A model generated the notes under the pieces. That model had not been told where the DNA came from. It did no database searches and saw only the letters and a program-made list of their open reading frames with translations. A stretch of DNA of 64,000 nt from Verrucomicrobiota bacterium (lineage in GTDB: Bacteria > Verrucomicrobiota > Verrucomicrobiia > Limisphaerales > SIBE01): the NCBI GenBank assembly GCA_046346765.1, contig JAXMHN010000030.1, forward strand, positions 9,345-73,344, written 5' to 3'. Shown here piece after piece: positions 58,082 to 64,000 of this stretch; position 1 is the first letter of the stretch; each line of letters opens with the position of its first letter. The position numbers and the translations under genes were made by a program.

Positions 58082-61000
58082 ATGATCACGCTGGCGCGGG
58101 TCTTCGCACGGAGTTGCGTATCCCAGCAGGGATCCTTGGTTTGGCGCATGCTCACTTCTCACTGATGGTGGCGACCATCGCTTCGTACAACCGTTGATGC
58201 TGGGACCGCCGCCGGCATGACCTTGTCCCCAGGCGAATCGCTCGATCAGGATCACACCGGCACAGCTGCGACACCGAATCCAACTGCCTGCTGCCCGCGA
58301 TCGAGCGTTTGGATCAGCGAACTTCACCACGATAACGCCGGGAAAGATGAGGTGGCCGAGTTTGGTAGGGTTGGCGGGGCGGCGGGCACCGACCTTTCCG
58401 GCTGGAAGCTGGTTCTGTACGGCGAAAGCGGCCAGGTTACGACACGATTGCACTCAGCGGGATCATCCCGGACGAGCAACTGGGCTTTGGCGTTTTGGCC
58501 TTCGACGCTCCCGGTCTGCAGAACGGTGTCTTGAGCGGTTATCTCGAGGGTGATGGGATCGCGTTGGTCATGGATCCCGCGGGGGCAGGTGGCCGAATTC
58601 ATCAGCTACGAGGGCACGGTTGTTGCCATCGATGGGCCCGCGGCCGGTCGGATAAGTGAATCGATGGCTGTGGCGGAGGGGAAGAGACCGTATCTGAGTT
58701 CTTCCTGCAGTTGGCCGGCATTCTCGGGGCGTTGCCTGGTCCTGACCCCGCGCCTCATTCCCGCGATCCGCTTCAATCAGGTGAGCATTCCACCTCCAGG
58801 CGGAGCGACGGTCCTTTCCTTACCAGGACAGGTTCACTCGGGGCTTGCGGACGGTTACGTGATTACTCGGCTTTGGGAAGCTCGCGACGCCCGCGGCGAG
58901 ACCGTGCCGCGCGCCGCAGTTGATCCAAGTCGTGTCCGGCCACAAACCGCGCTTTGTCTTCTTTCCATCCGACCAGGTCTGGCCTGCGGCAGCTTGACCG
59001 ACCCGGATGACACCGGAGGTATCGGTGGCCCTGGCGGAGAGAGCGCTGCTCAGGCTGAGCCCTGGCTCAGTGTGGATCAGCAAACTTCACTATGATGGAG
59101 AAGGACCGACGGAGGGCGAATTCACGTCGAAATCGCCGGCCAGGCACTGATCTGAGCGGCTATGCTTTGATCTACTATGACAGTTCCGGGATGCGCTATG
59201 GCGGCGCGCAGCGTCTTTCTGGCACCATCGCACAGGCGGGCCTTTCGGGGCCGTGGCTGTCCACCCAAAGAGCGTGACCGGTATTGGTCTGCAGAACGGC
59301 CCGGCGGATGGGGCCAGCCTTGGTTCATTACCCAACTCGCCAAGTGGTAGTTTCTGGGCTACGAAGGGACATTGACGCCGCCCGCAATGGACCGGCCCGC
59401 GGGCTATCTTCGGCGGATACTGGCCTACGTGGAATCGGCATTATCGGCCGGCACTTCCTCGCTGGCTCTGGTCGGGGAAGCTTCGTCTATATCAGGTTTC
59501 TGCTGGAGCAACTCGGCATCGGCGACGCCTGGCGCCCCCAACGTTGGACAGAGCTTCGCGGAGTCAGGGTCCGGCATCAGCGTCGGCTTCCGGGATGTCG
59601 ATCAGGGCGATCGCTGCCACCGTGACATTACTCGGACCTGGGTAGCAACGGACGCTTGCGGCGCTGCTGAGACGCGAACTCAGCTTATTTGTGTGACCGA
59701 TCTAACTCCGCCGGTATTTACGGCCTGTCCGTCTGGCGGCGTAGTTCACCCCAGTGGTGCGGGACAGGCGGTGATTCCGGATCTGGCGTATCGGATGACC
59801 GCGATCGATGAGTGCAGCCTGGCTACCCAGATCCGAATCACCCAGGACCCACCGGCCGGCGCGTCGATGTTGCCGGGTCAATTCATCGAGGTCCGTCTGA
59901 TCGCAACGAATGAATGTGGCAACAGGAGCAGCCCCTGCGGCTGACGGTGGAGGCGCCTCCCGCTTGCCGTCCGCGCCGAAGTGCGCGATGCCCGATGTGA
60001 TGGAGCGAACGACGGTGAGCTGACTATCTGGATTGATGGTGGCACGCCACCATATGCCGCAACTCTGGATTCGGGGGGCCGCGCTCGGTTACGGCCACGT
60101 TTAGCAGTCTCTCGCCGGGAGAGCATCGTGTGATCGTGCGCGATGCAGAGGGCGCTCTCCGCCTCAGCCACGCAATGGATCAACTCATTTCCGCAGGTGC
60201 ACAGCCTGGATTACGACGACCCACGTCGATTTGCGCTGGTGGAAGCGTCATCCTGACCAGCAGCGTCGGGGCGTCTTATCTCTGGAGCGATGGTTCGGTG
60301 ACGCCTTCGATCCGGATAACCGAGTCCGGAAGTTACCAGGTAACCGTGACCGATGCGGAAGGCTGTTCAGCGACCAGTCCGCTGGTTGAAGTGGTGGTTC
60401 TTCCCGCGCTGCGCATGCGGCTTCATGTCTCCGTTTCACCGATCGCCGGCTGCGGCGGAACGGCCATTGCCACGGCGGAGGGGCGGGGCGGGACCCCGCC
60501 GTATTGCTGAACGGATGGTGGGCCGGATCAGAGTGAGCCCGAATTTCCAGCTGTATCGCCGGCGAGGCGCTCATTACCGTCCGGATGCGCAGGCCACGAT
60601 GGAGGTCGGTGAAGTCGACCCGAGCCAGCGGTTCTTTCCATCCTCGCCACCGGCGTCAATTCATCCTGCGCCGGCGCGGCGACGGCGAGGCTATCGGCAC
60701 GATCGAGGAGATGTCCCGCCGTATGAGTTAAGGCCTGAACGACGGAGCGTTCGTGGCGCCGGCGTATTCGTGCGCACGGGCCTTCTTTCGGGGAGCTATA
60801 TGCTTGTGGCCCGTGATGCCAACGGTTGCCAATCCGCCGCGACGGTTGAGATAGGCACATCAGGCTACGACCTGCGGCGGGTCCGTTGCCAGGCAAACGG
60901 TTTGTGCCGTGAGACGGCCGGAGTTTTCGGCGGCCGTGACCTGTTCCGGCTCGTTCCAGACGCAATGGAGCCATAACCGGGTGCCGGTGGCGATCGATGC

Positions 61001-64000
61001 CGAACACTCGTTGAGCAACGACCAGCGAATATCGCCCTGATGATCACCAAAGTCGCTCCGGAAGATGCCGGCACTTACACGGTGTCAGTTACGGCCGGCT
61101 GTGCCGTGGAAGAAGAAAGTGCCGAGTTGAGCGTTGCGGGCTTCCTCGTCTTGGCAGATCAACCAAGTAGTAGGACGGTTTGCCCTGGCAGCACCGTCAC
61201 TCTCCGTGCGCCGGCGCGAGGAGACGTCTTCGAGTACGAGTGGCGCCGTCATGGGGAAGTGATTCGAGATGTGCGGGGGGATACCTATACGATCGATCGA
61301 TTTGGTGAGGCCGATGCGGCCGAGTATCAGATCGAGGAGCGCGGAGTCTTTGCGGCTCGATCAGCTGCCGCTTCAGGTTATCGATGGATGCCGTTCCTCG
61401 ATCATCGCGCGCGGCGCCGAATCTTCCGTTTGGCTGCGATATCCTGTCAAGGTGTTGTTCCCGATCTGGTCAAGGAGATCGTTGCCGGCGTTTCGATTGC
61501 ACCGCCGCGGCGAACTTGGCCATCATCCAGGACGCCTTGCCGTGAAGTTCGGTTGTTCCGATGGGAATGACGCCCCTTTCCTTCGCGGTAAGAGACGCCG
61601 CTGGCAACGTAACGACCAGCGAGAGCGCGCCGAGGCGGTCGTCGCCGCTCCACCGGCGCTGGTTGTGGGCGACACATCCGTGGAGGAAGGAGACAGCGGC
61701 AGCACATGGGCGGCTTTCCCGGTCGGCCTCTCGTCGCCTGCTTGCAGCAGGCCTATCAGCGTCCATTATCGCACGGTGAACTCAGGCCGGCCGACCGGCC
61801 TGGATGCCTCGCGGCTCGTCGTCGAGGCGGCAGGTGCCTCGATTTCAGCTCGGCCGAGCACTCGCTCGGCCCAGGGCCGAGGCGAACGAACAGGGCTGTT
61901 CGCCTTGCCAGCGGTTTTGACGGCGTCGTACTGCAGGCGGACCGGCCGACCAGGTCTCCAGGCGGCCGAGCCGCTGCTGCAGGTATCTCGTCGAGACCGG
62001 GCGACTTGGCATGGATCCGGATGGCGATCAAGCCCTAGCGCCCAGCGACGGAGGACGTCGAAGTACGGAAGCTGAGCCCCAGGTCTTGGCGAGGCCTCTT
62101 TACCATTCTTCCTCCGGCAAAGCGCTTGCCACCCATGGGCGTCTTCTGCGCGACAGGAGCAGCATAACCCAGCAGGGCCTGCTCCCCTGGCTGGAGTTCT
62201 CAGGCACATTCCTGAGAGGCAGGTCAGCAAGGCACCACAGTCCGGAATTCCTCATGCAGGCACCTGGCTGGGATGAGCATGTCCCTGGCCACTGGATGCA
62301 GATTAATTACCGGCAGGGAGCAGCTCCTCGATATCTTCAGGTTTGGACTTCAAGATGGCGGGCAGGACCCTGAGCCCTGGACTTGGAACGGTTTATCAGT
62401 CACCTGCCACCGCCCCCCCGGCCAGTTCACTGCTTTGGAATCTGGCTGGGCACTGTTACTCTCATTCCAGAGTGAGTGAAGAGAAAAGTCAGACGTTCGG
62501 TCCATCATGGACATCTCATCCCCAGGCTTCAGGACAGGTGGGTTCTCTCTCTTCCACGACGGATCCACCCAAGGCTCGGCCTGGTGGGCCCCGGGCCGGC
62601 TGATCCGGCCGACCACCCGAGACCGATCCCGCCAGGCCGTTGGCCGTACTGGCTCCCGACGGGCTCCCGCCTGGGGTCAGCGCTATACGTGCGCCTCTGA
62701 AACCGGTCAGCCTAGGCACAACACCTGCTCCGACCACGGGACTGCTCGGCTCCTCCTCGACTTGGCTTCTTCCGATCTGATCATTGGACTCCGACACCGG
62801 GAGGAGCGGCCGGGGTGGCCGACCGGTCAATGGGCTACGCACCTCCGACGCCGATCCGATCTGCCTGTTCTGGGTCCAGGGAGGAACTCACAGTTCAGAT
62901 ATCGAGATCTGGAGGGACCTGACACCATTCAACTGGACAAGCTGATATCTCGTCTTCCCGTTCCGATGGCCCGTTCACTCCACTATCTCGATGGGAGGAA
63001 CATCTATGGAATAACAGCCCAGCCTAGGCACGGTGGATTCACTACTCGCACGGAGGGAATCAGACAAGCCTCAACGACCGGCATGGCACCGTCTGTCCTC
63101 AGGACAGACGAGATCAACAGTGCGCAGCAGCGATCGAGAGGACAGAAGCTCCAGGCATGGCAGCTGGTCGATCCAGACAATTCTAGTGGCAACACAGGAG
63201 CAGGACAAAGCTGGTCAAGCAGGCAGGAGCTTATTTCCTGAGGCCTGATCTGATGGTGCTGAAAACATCTACGCTCCGATGAACTGATCTTGATAAAGGT
63301 GTTCTGATCAAACAAACCAGAAAATCAGGAGATATTATCACGTATTCAATCAATCTGAACAGACGAGTAAGGGGCCCTGCCGAAGTGATCATAACGGATC
63401 AGCACACAGCACTCGGTGCATATCCATCTGGCAGGAACGGTATCGGTCCCTGCGTCAAGTCATGACGTTCCCTGGCCTGCCACCCAGGAGGTGCAGGAGT
63501 GAGGTGGGCTGGTACCGTGGCCCTGGCCATTCGGAGGCGGTCAATGAGGTCCATCTGGCTAATGAAAGGCAGAACCCTCTGGAACAGCATCCTTCTGTAC
63601 CACTCTTCCAGGCGGGGCATAGTCTGGCCGTCGCGCGTGCCGTCCCTGTTGATTGATCGCTCAGGCTCAGCCCCATTCAAATGGGGCTTCGGCGCAGCTT
63701 CGTCTGAACATTTTTCGCTCTCTCGCGAGACCGTTTTGAGGCGGCTGGATTTTGAAGATTGCTGTGGCAACAAGCGACATCCGTAGGGGAGTAAGCTATT
63801 AACCTGTGGCAGGAATGCGGCCAAGCGCGCAGACTGGAATGAAAGCATCGAACTTTCCAGCAGTGCGTTGTCCGGTAGCCCTGAACATTGGACCGTCGCT
63901 CATTAACCGCTTCCAGCTCAGGCTGGAAGATAAACGTTATGCGTCAATGACCGGTCGATTCATTACTAAGGGCAGCGAGACCGTTTTCTCCGGTCCCGAG
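58082..64000 (+). CDS. Giant modular surface/adhesin-like protein (LTD-like x2, HYR-like, SprB-like, Ig, Calx-beta, tandem-95-like, DUF11-like); shredded by indels and probably extending past the window
   Basis: Fragments in shifting frames: VWISELHHDNAG..AGTDLSGWKLVLY, GLQNG, EFISYEG (second copy at about 59070-59370); ITRTWVATDACG; DLTPPVFTACP; GGTPPY; DAGTYTVSV; VGDTSVEEGDSG; DPDGD; ITAQPRHG; GDIITYSINL..IITD. Confidence 0.6.

Noticed and set aside
62040..64000. Foreign (eukaryotic or viral) insertion suggested by lower GC and fewer CpG
   Set aside because: It still contains Ig-repeat-like and DUF11-like fragments on the same strand as the upstream surface protein and has no junction repeats or mobility genes. 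Degraded read quality is more likely, though a chimera is not excluded.
1..64000. tRNA/rRNA genes, transposases, integrases, prophage or defence systems
   Set aside because: No recognisable signatures were found by eye; tRNAscan, Rfam and HMM searches would be needed to exclude small or divergent ones.

Overview
GC-rich bacterial chromosomal DNA, most likely from a PVC-superphylum organism (Verrucomicrobiota-like). This is inferred from the gene families present: a PVC-type heme protein, a DUF1549/DUF1553-DUF1501-PPC-WD40 cluster, an LTD-CotH protein and an orphan prepilin-like protein. About 45 genes are recognisable. They include housekeeping genes (rsgA, polA, queD, mog, aceE-aceF-lpdA, a lipoate ligase), glycan and sugar genes (GH57 plus DUF4912, ROK plus PIG-L deacetylase, TIM-barrel isomerases, Gfo/Idh/MocA, a Tat-signal DegT aminotransferase), three separate c-type cytochrome loci, a luxE-luxC-queD run without luciferase, and a giant modular surface protein that runs off the right edge. 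I saw no rRNA, tRNA, CRISPR array, integrase or transposase. Indels cluster in patches (about 2.75-3.45 kb, 11.85 kb, 33.97-34.02 kb, 46.1-49.7 kb, 52.75 kb and 57.15-64 kb) and hit core genes, so sequencing or assembly error is more likely than real pseudogenes. Best leads: (1) two non-coding arrays with 11-bp periodicity and oppositely oriented arms (30743-30854 and about 7715-7814); (2) the luciferase-less LuxE/LuxC reductase pair linked to queD, downstream of the first array; (3) the functionally unknown four-gene exported heme/DUF1501 cluster. All calls come from motif recognition by eye; no database searches were run.
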